From the NCBI GenBank assembly GCA_003518055.1, contig DOZJ01000005.1:1319-65318 (forward strand): a DNA stretch of 64,000 bases, given 5' to 3'. This document shows positions 44,846 to 54,935 of the stretch, piece after piece. This DNA comes from Candidatus Falkowbacteria bacterium (lineage in GTDB: Bacteria > Patescibacteriota > Patescibacteriia > UBA11705). The first letter of the stretch is position 1. Each line of letters starts with the position of its first letter. The notes under the pieces are model-generated. The model worked only from the letters and a program-made list of their open reading frames with translations. It ran no database searches and was not told the DNA's origin. Both the position numbers and the translations under genes were made by a program.

Positions 44846-45274
44846 TTAATTATACGTCTTGGTTAAAATCCCCAACTCAAGAGCTTCCATTTCGAACGCC
44901 TCAGCCTTCTTAACATGATCAAATCCGAGTAAATGCAGTATACCATGAATCGCCAAAATCAGTATTTCCTTCCGCTCTGAAATCCCTTTTTCTTTTGCTT
45001 GACGCCTCGCTTGAGCACCATCAATAAAAATATCTCCCAAATAAATCATCCCCGCCTCTAACTCGCCGTCGGTAAACGACAAAACATCCGTAACGTTATC
45101 TTTTGCCCTGTACTTCCGATTCAAATCTCTAATTTTTTTATCACCGACAAAAACTATTGTCAGCTCATGTTTTTTCTTGAGTTTCAATAATTTAGCTGCG
45201 TTAACCACCGCCGCCTCAATCAGGCGTCTGGGCACCCGCGCCTTTGTCCGATTATCAATATTTACCTTAATCAT
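44846..45274 (-). CDS. ybeY: rRNA maturation endoribonuclease YbeY
   Basis: HGILHLLGFDH zinc-binding motif. Confidence 0.9.
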   Translation of the reverse strand: MIKVNIDNRTKARVPRRLIEAAVVNAAKLLKLKKKHELTIVFVGDKKIRDLNRKYRAKDNVTDVLSFTDGELEAGMIYLGDIFIDGAQARRQAKEKGISERKEILILAIHGILHLLGFDHVKKAEAFEMEALELGILTKTYN

Positions 45275-45277
45275 ATC

Positions 45278-46225
45278 TTATTCCTGACCGGTAAACACAA
45301 AGCTTTGCACCAAAAGTTCAAACAAATGCGGATAGCTGGCCTTTTCCTTCAAACCAATATCATAATCAATCACATAAACATATTCACCTCGAGCGAAATA
45401 AACCGTAAACTCATCCGGACTACGAACCCCCTTTAGTCCTGACTTATTTTCAAATTCCACCACTTCATCTTGTTTCTCGATATCGATCTGGGAGGTATAC
45501 CACTCAATCAAGGACAAATTCAAAGAATTTTCCAGCACCAGTACATTGATATTTTCCGTCAGCGGCGAAGAAAAAATTATCTCCGAGTTGTCCGGTTTAA
45601 GCGATCGGGCAAACCACCCCTTGGGATAAAACAAGTCATAATCAAATGTCGGATTCACATATGTAAAAACCAACCCTGAAAATTCCAATTTAGCTGGATC
45701 TATACCAGATGGATTGTATAAATTCCCCAATTCAACGCCATCCACAAAGCTATCAGAATCCGAGTCTGGCCTTTGATAATCCGTCTCCAGTAAAAATTCC
45801 TCAGCATCGGTCAAACCGTCGTTATCACCATCAACATCAATCATATCACTCAATTTTGTCGGTTTAATTGTTGCCGGGTCAAATTCAATTTCCGGCTCGA
45901 TCTCGATCTTGGGTTCAACCACCTCAGGGATTTCCTCCGGCTTTTTTTCCGTCTCAATGACCTTCACGATTACTTCCGGTTCAGGAGCAGGCTTAAAATA
46001 AATCAAATACCCGATATAAGACAATAATGCGACCGTAAGAATCAAAAACACAATCACCACCATCGGCAGAGCGCGGCTTTTTTTCCTGATCACTTTGGTT
46101 TTAGTCACGATTTTTTCCCGAATGATCTCCTTTGGTTGGTCGGGATTTATCCCATGATACTCTTCGGGCATGACATAAACCTTGTCATAATCAGCGGTAA
46201 TTTTTTTTTCTTTTTCTTCGGCCAT
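45278..46225 (-). CDS. Membrane-anchored protein with TSP3-like Ca-binding repeats (315 aa)
   Basis: TM helix LPMVVIVFLILTVALLSYIGYLIYF and repeats DVDGDNDGLTDAEE...DSDSDSFVDGVE. Paralog of 22684..23496 and 46264..46869. Confidence 0.6.
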   Translation of the reverse strand: MAEEKEKKITADYDKVYVMPEEYHGINPDQPKEIIREKIVTKTKVIRKKSRALPMVVIVFLILTVALLSYIGYLIYFKPAPEPEVIVKVIETEKKPEEIPEVVEPKIEIEPEIEFDPATIKPTKLSDMIDVDGDNDGLTDAEEFLLETDYQRPDSDSDSFVDGVELGNLYNPSGIDPAKLEFSGLVFTYVNPTFDYDLFYPKGWFARSLKPDNSEIIFSSPLTENINVLVLENSLNLSLIEWYTSQIDIEKQDEVVEFENKSGLKGVRSPDEFTVYFARGEYVYVIDYDIGLKEKASYPHLFELLVQSFVFTGQE

Positions 46226-46263
46226 AATTAAATATAATCTATAGACTAAATTACAATTTACAC

Positions 46264-46869
46264 CTACAAATTCAACAGTTTTCCCGGACCGTTCGGATCA
46301 TAACCATTATTAACCTCATCTCCATCAATGTAGGTATCATTATCAGAATCACGATTCAATGGATTGGTTCGATAAACCCGCGTTTCCTGAAAATCAGTTA
46401 AACCGTCATTATCAGTATCAACCTTATCAGCGGCCGTACCAAGCTGAGCTTCTTCAGCATCCGTCAAACCATCGCCATCCAAATCTGAGACTATCGGAGT
46501 CAGAGGGATTTCATTTGTAACCGACTCAGGATTGTCCTGCGGTTCTTCAATGACTTCAACCGGCGCGTCACGTTCCTCAAGAATCAAATCGCTATCGTTA
46601 TCATCTTCAATCTTTTCCCCATCAAAAAACCATAACCCAGCCATAACCGCGGCCGCGATGACCACCAAAACCACGACAAAAAGCAAAACAATCTTCATCA
46701 CGCTCCCACCGGATTTCGCCGCCATCGGCGCGCCCACAGGGACTTCGCTCTGCGGAATGGAATTCACCGGCTGAGTCGTTGGTTTCATTGGGATTGACTC
46801 AGTTGTTTGCGGCGGTGTTTGACCGTCGGCTTTATTCATCCCGTCTTGAAATTTTGGATCGTCAAACAT
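46264..46869 (-). CDS. Membrane-anchored protein with TSP3-like Ca-binding repeats (201 aa)
   Basis: TM helix plus DLDGDGLTDAEE...DTDNDGLTDFQE...DSDNDTYIDGDE repeats. Shares the C-terminal NGYDPNGPGKL motif with 25911..27551. Confidence 0.6.
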   Translation of the reverse strand: MFDDPKFQDGMNKADGQTPPQTTESIPMKPTTQPVNSIPQSEVPVGAPMAAKSGGSVMKIVLLFVVVLVVIAAAVMAGLWFFDGEKIEDDNDSDLILEERDAPVEVIEEPQDNPESVTNEIPLTPIVSDLDGDGLTDAEEAQLGTAADKVDTDNDGLTDFQETRVYRTNPLNRDSDNDTYIDGDEVNNGYDPNGPGKLLNL

Positions 46870-46874
46870 ACTAT

Positions 46875-49800
46875 TTATTCGATTACAAAATTAAATCCTG
46901 GTTTATTATTGATAGTATAATAATTGTATGACTCGGCTTCTGTCCTGAAAGTAATCCTAGCCTCATTAAAACCCTGGTATAAGTAAGAATATGCATAGTT
47001 AAACAACGACACTGGTGATGTCCCTATCGGGAAAACCATCTCTATTTGTAATGTATCAGGATCATAACAATTATTCACGTCCGCGCCTTGAGAACAGACC
47101 GAACATTTAGCCTGTCCCTGATAATCGAAACATTGGTGCTCTGCTAACAAACATTTTTTACCATTACTGCCACAAGAAACACCAACAAAAGTTGCATTTG
47201 TGCTTGGTTCATATCGAGCCATTTGATTGATTGGATCAAGTGCTAACTGTTTACCCAGAATATTACCTAATTCCGCTTGCCAACTCGGCCAAACGGAATA
47301 TGATTCTCCCCGGCGATAAGTGCCTCCTTCCAATCGCGGCAAATCTATTTTTTGCGTGTAATAATCGGTTAAATACTGACGAAGCCCAACAATATTATTA
47401 ATTCTCTGAATATCCCGTCTAATCGCAAACTGTACGTCGGAACTGGACACATTAATATTAAATCCCATATTTTCAACCAGCTGGGAAAACATATTTATTG
47501 TCCGGCTATTAGCGCCCAAGTTGTAGCCCAAAACATATATATAATTGGAAACGCTAGCGCTCGAACCGCTGCCGATCAAATTCCCGGCAGAGACATAAAC
47601 GGTATTACCGTCTTTTACGCCGTAATAACAATCATCAGTATCATAGCGTGCATCATGACTGCAAAAAACCTTGACCTCACTGACTGATTGCCCGGCTTGC
47701 GGCACTTGCTGGCGATACCATTCAGCCGCCGACAAATTAGCCGGATTTTCATAAATGCGCAATGAAATCACATCATCGGAAAAATCATTGGTATTCACTG
47801 AATTTATAATCTCATCGGAACGGATCAACAAATACTGCCGCTGCAAACCATTCTCCTCCGCGCCGATTTGAGATGTCACCACCCGAAGAAGCGGCAGATC
47901 ATCCATCCGATTATTTATTTGTTCCCGATCGCGGCAATATCGCAACAAAATATTCCGGCCATCGCTACCGTCATCCCAACTCCATGGATTTTCACAAATA
48001 AAGGCTGAAACCAAACCCGAACCGGTTCTTTCTGATTTAACCTCGCCAAAATATTGATCAAATGTAATTTCCGCCGTCATCTCAATATCACTGTCACCGT
48101 TTTTATTCTTCGCCATAGCTACATCCTCATTCGAATCAACCACATCGGTAATACTCACAATATCTCTATCTTCAATCTCCCAAGCTCCCCAGCTCCAAGC
48201 ATAATGCCCGGAAATCGGCTGGATTTCAGTATTGCCTGATTTGGCCAAATGACGAATATTCCAAATTTCATCCCTCTGAGTCACATTCTTGACCGCCGGT
48301 TCAATCCCAACCGAATCAAAATGACAATAATCCGATCCGACATTAAATCTGAACTCCTGATCAGGAATAATCATGCTGCAATTATTTTTTACATTCTTCA
48401 ACACCACTTCATAATCCGTCACCCTCAAAGCGCCTTTAGTGGCAATATAAATCTGAGTCACCAAATTCTTTCCAATTTGAACCTTTTGCGCCACAACCGC
48501 GTAATTATTCTGATTTTCCACGCACCATTCAGCCGCCTGAGCCTTTAACCCAAAAAATTCTCCAGTCCAATCACGCAGCCGCCCCAACCAACTCAAACTG
48601 CCGCCGCATTGATCCGCCCGATAGCGCAATTCCACAAATTTATTGATTTTTCCACCCCCCTTGTGTAATTCCGTCATCAAATAATCATATCTAACTGTTA
48701 TCACCGCGTTGGGGCAGGTCAACGTACCATCCGGACTGATCAACGTCGCTCGCGGCGGATTATTCGGATCACATTCAGGAGGTGTTGGACCGCCCAAACC
48801 TGAATATATATATGTTAATAAACTTTCATCGTTAATACTTTGTCCTTGCTCTGTAGAATTTTCAAGGTACGACACGTTGTTGGTCAACGTCCCCCTGATT
48901 TTAGCTGTTTGCTGATTCTGTCCGGCTGGAAGATGACCCAAAACCGTCGCCATACTATATGGCGCGCCATAATTAGTCACCGTCACACCAGCCTCTGTTT
49001 GTTCACAAATTCTATCTTCACCCGGCTCGACAATTCCATTGCCGCAAAAAGACGCGTTGGCATCATTAGATCCGCCATTCAGACATCCACTCGTGCACCC
49101 GGCCGCCGGTCGGCAGGTACAATTACCCTCATCCAATCTGCCGGCACAATTTTCGCCGGTGGAATTATTAGTACAAGTATATTCACACTCTTCAGTATAA
49201 CCATTAAAGGATTCAGTCAACCCATTGCCGCAGCAACTCACAGTGTCTTGTAATTCCGTACATGTATCAAAAGGTTTTATTAAACATTTATTTGAACATG
49301 TGACCGATTCAAATGCCGGACAAACACAATAATCAGTTCCCGGCTGACACAAAACCGTCACCACTTCTCCTTGTGAATTTTTTTGCACACTGCCATCAGC
49401 ATTTCTTACCGGCATAACGCATTCATTAGTCACCGGTTCGCACTCTTCACCGGAATCCACCAGACCGTTGCCGCACACCGGACCAACATACCCTGAGCTT
49501 CCTTTATATAAACAATTATTATCTAATCCAAATAGTGTATTAAGCTTCGAACTGCCAAAATCATCATCTTCACCCAATTCTTTTGCTCCATTGCCACAGA
49601 CAAATCCCGCTGACTGAGCACCCTCATTAAAACATTCACGGCTGCAGCCATCACCGCTATTACCGTTGCCGTCATCACAATCTTCGGTCGGATCAACCGT
49701 CCGATTACCGCAGCAAGCACTCGAGTTGCCGCCGAAACACAGCGGACTGCCGAGACGTAAACATTTATTCGAACAAAAGGCCTCACCGTCACATTCTTCA

Positions 49801-52800
49801 CCGGCTTCAATCACATCATTACCGCACACCGCTCTAAAAGTCACCGACCCTTGATTCAAACAATTTTCCGTACACGCCACCGCTCTTTGCGGTGAATATG
49901 TGGTTTCATACATGGCAATCAATTTGTCCGCGGCCGCCGCACTGGCTGAGACACTGGCCAAATCTACTCTTCTTGTATAATAAACCGCCTCACCCGTCAT
50001 CTCCTCCCAATCCCAAGTATAATGTTTTGCGCTCAATCTCTGACCGTTAGCGCTGCATGTATCCGGAGCAGAAAATGGCGTGGCGCTGAAGACAGCCTGC
50101 TCACCCGCCATCGTAGATAAATAACTGCTCGGACTAACATCCACCCGTTCCGGCCGGCAAAAACCGCCATCCTCACGAGTTTTAAATACAAAACTGAAAG
50201 AATCAAACGTTGATGGACTGGTAATCGTCTGATCAGTCAAAACACAATTAGTACAATTATCCGGAAAACTGCAGCTACAACCGGCATCTCCATAATCACA
50301 CTCTTGCCTCTCAGACAGGCTGCAAGTCTCCGGACAAACCAAATCTTTTTCTTGCGGACACTCAGCCGTGGTGGTATTTAAATCAACACAAGTGCAGGCT
50401 GGCGAACTCGCTGTACATTGATTGGTTGTCCCTGAACAATAAGTTAAAATCTGACACTCGCCCTTGACCGCATCAGCTTCAAAACAAGCTTCCTCCGGCG
50501 CCAATTGAAAGCGTCCAACATCTTGGCACGTACACCCGGCCGAGCTGCCGGTACAAGCCTGAGTAATGTTTTCCGCGCAGGCTCTTTGCGGCTGACAATC
50601 ACACGCGGATTGATTTTCAGTACAATATTTTGTTGTATCCTCCTGACACACCTTTGGTTCAATACATGTGCAGGTCAAAGAATCAGTGGTACATTTTTTA
50701 TTTATATCTTCTAAACAATATGACGCACAAGTTGAACTTTCACACTCTCTTGGCTGGCCGCATTGACAAGCCGTGGACAAAATATTCGGTTTATTTTTAT
50801 TATCATTAAAATATTCATTACACACTTCGAGTGGCGTCACCCCAAGGCTGCCGACAAACGTCACCTTTCCTGCTTTTGTGCACTCATCAACTTCGCATTG
50901 TTCCTGCAACTGGGCTGAACCAAGATAAGTGTCAATATCACCGTCGCCGCAGCAGCCGGTCCCGCCATTAGTACACCGTGAAAAACCAACCAATCGGCAA
51001 TCATTGGAACAATATGGATTGTTGCTCAAAGCACACACGCAATTCGCCGTACCGGATACGCAAACCGCGTTGGACTGGCTATTCAAACAAATCGCTTCGC
51101 ATTGTTCACCGGCATCGGTTTCAATCACGCCGTTCCCACAGGTTCCCACATTTGCCCGGGTATTAAAATTCAAACCGGTCAATGTTTTATCACTGATACT
51201 CGTCAATTGGCCGCTGATAACCAAGCGATAATACTTGGCCGGGCTAAGCACCGGTGTCGGACTGATCCTGAGACGATTACAGACCTCGCCATAATTCGTC
51301 AAAGTTGAGACTCCGGTCGTCGAATCGCAATCAATTTCTCCGGCTTGATAATCAGCCAGCATATTCACCTTTGAAGCCACGGATATGCAGTCGGCATTAT
51401 CACATTCGTACAGACCAACCGCTGCTGTATTGTCACGCAATGCTTCATAGGGAAAATATGTATTAAACAAAGCTCCAAGTTCGGCATTCACACACGCCGC
51501 GCCGCAATTAGGCCAAAAATCCACTACCCTCGGCTCAGCCAAAGTTACAGCCAAATCTGCCTCATCTTGCAGCGGCTGGCTGGAAACCATACCATTAGTT
51601 TGGACCACCCCCGGATCGCCCGGCGGCGTTTCCACCACCACCGCCTCTGGATTGGCGGCAAAATAGGCCACATCACTCCTAGATCCGGCCACAAACAATC
51701 GGCTGATTCGATCGCCGTATCTCGTTACCAGCCAATTCCAAGTCTCATTTGAGACATCAATGATACCGCAATTACTGGCTTGACCGGAAACCGCGAACTT
51801 CTGGCTCTCAGTCACATCAGTCAAAACTCCCTCTCCGGGATTAACCACCACCGAATCTATCGCACAGTCAGCCTCAGCAGTTTTGAATTTCCAGGTATAA
51901 TCATTCAATAATTCTTGAACCTCATCGCCGACGGCCGAAACATTTCTGATCCCGGCTTTTACCATCACGGCATACCATGTATTCGGCGCCACATCATAAT
52001 TTACTAAATTTATTTGAGTTACCCTGGTGTTGTCATAATTGGAAACCAACGCCTCATCAAGTAATGTTCGCCCGCTTCCGTCCGTACCCTGAGCCACGAA
52101 ATCATATTCCTCCACCGCGCAGTTGCTGTCGTCACACAAATCAAGATTACATTCACTCCCCGCCGTCAAGCAGCTCCGAACTTCCACTCGATTGGCGTCA
52201 ACCAAAGATTCAGTATCCATTTCCATGTTAAACGTAAAACTGATCAACCCGTTCGGACAAGCATTCTGACCGTTGGCTTTCGGTGACGGCGATTCATCAA
52301 AAATCCCCAAACTACATTCTCGGTTAATGACTCGAGGAACGCGGGGAATATTACCGGTGCTGAAATACCAGCCAAATTCGCAATTCGTCGCTTGAGCCTG
52401 ACAAAATTGAGCCTCGGTACAATATGAATTTTGACAACATACCTCGCCCGCGCCACAACTACTGGTCGTGCATCGGCCAACGCTAAAAGTTACCGGGGTG
52501 CTATTAACCCCAGCGGCCTCCACCACCATATCGCCGCTTCTGGCATCAGGCGGAACCGTCACACCGGAAATTTCTGTATTACTCCACTCTGCAGATTGCA
52601 AATTAAATCCCTCGACAATCGCCGGCACACCTTCGGCCGCTGACGCAAACTTTATTCTACCCTTCTGCTCTCCAAAGCCGACGCCTTGAATTGTGATTGT
52701 TGTTCCCGGCGGTCCGTTATCAGGCGTCACCGAACAAATTCCGGGGGTAACCGTCAAACTATCATCCACGGAATAAGGCACTGTGGCACTCCCCGCATTA

Positions 52801-54902
52801 TTAACAATTTCCAAAGTATATGAAGCAGTCGCCAGTTCCGGTATTGTTATTTGGATGCTGTCATTTGACCAATTATTAACACAAGTGGTCAATGCCGGTG
52901 TCCGCGTATTATCTCTTATAAAATTAACCGTTCCTCCCACGCCAAAATTATTGCCTCGAATGGTTATAATTTGACCGGGAGCCGCGGCTGTGGGCGTTAT
53001 CGATTCAATTGTTATCTGGCTCTCGCTTTCGCTAACACTAAAATCTACCGGATTGCTATAAAATTCATCTCGGCCCACTTGTACTGTCTTTCTGCCAGCG
53101 CCGATAAACGGCACCTGAACATCACTGATCACGTCATCAAGCCAATTTCCGGCCGATATTTCATCTCCGTTAAAATATACACCACCATCAGAACCAAAAT
53201 TTCTGCCGGTTAAAATTAATTGATTACCGGGCAAACCGAATCGCTCCTGAGTGGCCGCATTCCGGACTGAACACAGTCCGATCATATTCGAACCGTTCGC
53301 CACAATTTCCAAATCCCGATTCCATCCGGGAGCATTTGGATCTGCTGTATTGTACCAACTACCTTGATTATTAAAAATTTGTACTGGACCGGTGGTTGTG
53401 TCCGGCACCGTAACTACCACTTGTCGCTCATCCCAGCTGTCACGGCCGCAAAGCGGCGCAGCCTCAACACCATTAATCAAAACTCTGGCCTCCTGAGCAA
53501 ACACGCCAAAATTCCGGCCAAACAAAGTGATAAAACCGTTGATCGGCGAACTGGCCGGAGAAATATTGGTTATCAATGGATATGGCCAGTTCGAGCATGT
53601 AGTTGAACATTGCTCCACCCCATTAATTTCCGTACAATCATCCGGTACACAATTATAAACACAATCGTCACCAGTGCATTCATTGCAATCATCCACCTCG
53701 CACTCCGGTAATGTGCAATCAAAATCCCCATCAGCATCAAAACAATTATCAGACGCAACCAAATATCGACCGGTAGCCGAAGCCTGATTGCCACTAACAT
53801 CACCAACGGATACCTCTCCGGTGTGCCAGCCCAAATCAAAACCAGAAGTAACCGAACTTAATATTGAATTATATGTCAGTGGAGAGGCATCCTCAAAAAT
53901 AATCTCCTGACACAGACTATCTTGGGCCGTTTGTTTTGTCGGACAAAATTCCACCGCCGCCAATCCACTGGCATCAGCCGCGTCAACCGTAAAATCTTCT
54001 TGGAACCCCAATCGCACCTGTCTTGGACTTGGAGTCAATGACACCGTCGGACTGGTGGTATCGCAGCTGTTTGACGTAGAAAAATCAACTTGCTGACAAT
54101 ATCCCTGTAGTCGATTCGGGCAGGCGACCAAATTGCCATTTTGATCTTGCAATTCCAAAACTTTAATTCGGTAATTTTTATCTGGCTGCAAACAGCTGGT
54201 CGCGGCACACCCCTCAGGACAAGTATCATTAGTGGCAAAAATCACTTTTCGATCGGTTACCGTATAGTCTCCTTCCACCGGCACCTCAGTTTCAGTTTCA
54301 CCCTCAGTCACAATTTCAAACAATTTAATATTTGTCTTGGCATTTTGGTATTCACCTTCGGGCAACGCTGTCCGTCCACTCGGAAAGGTTATCTGGACTA
54401 CCGAATTTACCGGCCGATTGGCTCCCCTCGGCGACATCCCGACGCTAAATCCAACCGTTCCTCCGTTACCGCCATCGCCCCCGGTGCCTCCGGTCCCATC
54501 TTCCGTGCTATTAGTCGCCCCGGTTGCGTCGCCAAGACGGTTAATGACAAAACTGGTAATGGAAAAAGCGGAAATTATAATCGCCAACCCGATCATGCCG
54601 TTAATTATCCACTTTTTTGCCTTTTCCACCGCAGTTTCAGCCCCGCCGCTCGTCATATACAAAAACCCGCCGTACAAAACTATCGCCAAAGCCACCACGC
54701 CAAGAAATCCCAAAAATATTCGCAGCACTCTGGCAATGATTATTCTTGGATCTTCATTACCTAAACCGGTCTGGCCGCCGACTTCCTCCAATCCAGTGTC
54801 CAATGGTGCTTGTGCCTGAACCAATTCGGTCAAAAACAAAAAACCTCCGGCTATCACCAGTATCAGGATCAACAATCCGACGATTTTGTTTTTATTTCTC
54901 AT
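46875..54902 (-). CDS. Giant (2675 aa) secreted Cys-rich surface protein with IPT/TIG-like domains and CGNG-x-GEECD Cys-rich repeats
   Basis: Uninterrupted 8-kb ORF. The N-terminal module (signal peptide AQA, then two hydrophobic helices) is shared with 54936..57053. IPT/TIG-like segments (e.g. ITIESITPTAAAPGQIITIRGNNFG). Repeats CGNGVIETDAGEQCE, CGNDVIEAGEECD and CGNGLVDSGEECE resemble myxococcal Cys-rich repeats. Confidence 0.8.
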   Translation of the reverse strand: MRNKNKIVGLLILILVIAGGFLFLTELVQAQAPLDTGLEEVGGQTGLGNEDPRIIIARVLRIFLGFLGVVALAIVLYGGFLYMTSGGAETAVEKAKKWIINGMIGLAIIISAFSITSFVINRLGDATGATNSTEDGTGGTGGDGGNGGTVGFSVGMSPRGANRPVNSVVQITFPSGRTALPEGEYQNAKTNIKLFEIVTEGETETEVPVEGDYTVTDRKVIFATNDTCPEGCAATSCLQPDKNYRIKVLELQDQNGNLVACPNRLQGYCQQVDFSTSNSCDTTSPTVSLTPSPRQVRLGFQEDFTVDAADASGLAAVEFCPTKQTAQDSLCQEIIFEDASPLTYNSILSSVTSGFDLGWHTGEVSVGDVSGNQASATGRYLVASDNCFDADGDFDCTLPECEVDDCNECTGDDCVYNCVPDDCTEINGVEQCSTTCSNWPYPLITNISPASSPINGFITLFGRNFGVFAQEARVLINGVEAAPLCGRDSWDERQVVVTVPDTTTGPVQIFNNQGSWYNTADPNAPGWNRDLEIVANGSNMIGLCSVRNAATQERFGLPGNQLILTGRNFGSDGGVYFNGDEISAGNWLDDVISDVQVPFIGAGRKTVQVGRDEFYSNPVDFSVSESESQITIESITPTAAAPGQIITIRGNNFGVGGTVNFIRDNTRTPALTTCVNNWSNDSIQITIPELATASYTLEIVNNAGSATVPYSVDDSLTVTPGICSVTPDNGPPGTTITIQGVGFGEQKGRIKFASAAEGVPAIVEGFNLQSAEWSNTEISGVTVPPDARSGDMVVEAAGVNSTPVTFSVGRCTTSSCGAGEVCCQNSYCTEAQFCQAQATNCEFGWYFSTGNIPRVPRVINRECSLGIFDESPSPKANGQNACPNGLISFTFNMEMDTESLVDANRVEVRSCLTAGSECNLDLCDDSNCAVEEYDFVAQGTDGSGRTLLDEALVSNYDNTRVTQINLVNYDVAPNTWYAVMVKAGIRNVSAVGDEVQELLNDYTWKFKTAEADCAIDSVVVNPGEGVLTDVTESQKFAVSGQASNCGIIDVSNETWNWLVTRYGDRISRLFVAGSRSDVAYFAANPEAVVVETPPGDPGVVQTNGMVSSQPLQDEADLAVTLAEPRVVDFWPNCGAACVNAELGALFNTYFPYEALRDNTAAVGLYECDNADCISVASKVNMLADYQAGEIDCDSTTGVSTLTNYGEVCNRLRISPTPVLSPAKYYRLVISGQLTSISDKTLTGLNFNTRANVGTCGNGVIETDAGEQCEAICLNSQSNAVCVSGTANCVCALSNNPYCSNDCRLVGFSRCTNGGTGCCGDGDIDTYLGSAQLQEQCEVDECTKAGKVTFVGSLGVTPLEVCNEYFNDNKNKPNILSTACQCGQPRECESSTCASYCLEDINKKCTTDSLTCTCIEPKVCQEDTTKYCTENQSACDCQPQRACAENITQACTGSSAGCTCQDVGRFQLAPEEACFEADAVKGECQILTYCSGTTNQCTASSPACTCVDLNTTTAECPQEKDLVCPETCSLSERQECDYGDAGCSCSFPDNCTNCVLTDQTITSPSTFDSFSFVFKTREDGGFCRPERVDVSPSSYLSTMAGEQAVFSATPFSAPDTCSANGQRLSAKHYTWDWEEMTGEAVYYTRRVDLASVSASAAAADKLIAMYETTYSPQRAVACTENCLNQGSVTFRAVCGNDVIEAGEECDGEAFCSNKCLRLGSPLCFGGNSSACCGNRTVDPTEDCDDGNGNSGDGCSRECFNEGAQSAGFVCGNGAKELGEDDDFGSSKLNTLFGLDNNCLYKGSSGYVGPVCGNGLVDSGEECEPVTNECVMPVRNADGSVQKNSQGEVVTVLCQPGTDYCVCPAFESVTCSNKCLIKPFDTCTELQDTVSCCGNGLTESFNGYTEECEYTCTNNSTGENCAGRLDEGNCTCRPAAGCTSGCLNGGSNDANASFCGNGIVEPGEDRICEQTEAGVTVTNYGAPYSMATVLGHLPAGQNQQTAKIRGTLTNNVSYLENSTEQGQSINDESLLTYIYSGLGGPTPPECDPNNPPRATLISPDGTLTCPNAVITVRYDYLMTELHKGGGKINKFVELRYRADQCGGSLSWLGRLRDWTGEFFGLKAQAAEWCVENQNNYAVVAQKVQIGKNLVTQIYIATKGALRVTDYEVVLKNVKNNCSMIIPDQEFRFNVGSDYCHFDSVGIEPAVKNVTQRDEIWNIRHLAKSGNTEIQPISGHYAWSWGAWEIEDRDIVSITDVVDSNEDVAMAKNKNGDSDIEMTAEITFDQYFGEVKSERTGSGLVSAFICENPWSWDDGSDGRNILLRYCRDREQINNRMDDLPLLRVVTSQIGAEENGLQRQYLLIRSDEIINSVNTNDFSDDVISLRIYENPANLSAAEWYRQQVPQAGQSVSEVKVFCSHDARYDTDDCYYGVKDGNTVYVSAGNLIGSGSSASVSNYIYVLGYNLGANSRTINMFSQLVENMGFNINVSSSDVQFAIRRDIQRINNIVGLRQYLTDYYTQKIDLPRLEGGTYRRGESYSVWPSWQAELGNILGKQLALDPINQMARYEPSTNATFVGVSCGSNGKKCLLAEHQCFDYQGQAKCSVCSQGADVNNCYDPDTLQIEMVFPIGTSPVSLFNYAYSYLYQGFNEARITFRTEAESYNYYTINNKPGFNFVIE

Positions 54903-54935
54903 TCGCTATCTTTTTCTATTTATTTCAATTTTCTT

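Noticed and set aside
48054-54764. Numerous plus-strand ORFs (e.g. 54141..54764, 54337..54819, 48840..49253) inside the 2675-aa giant gene
   Set aside because: - They are antisense frames of a long, well-supported CDS.
- They are low-complexity translations with no start-site support.
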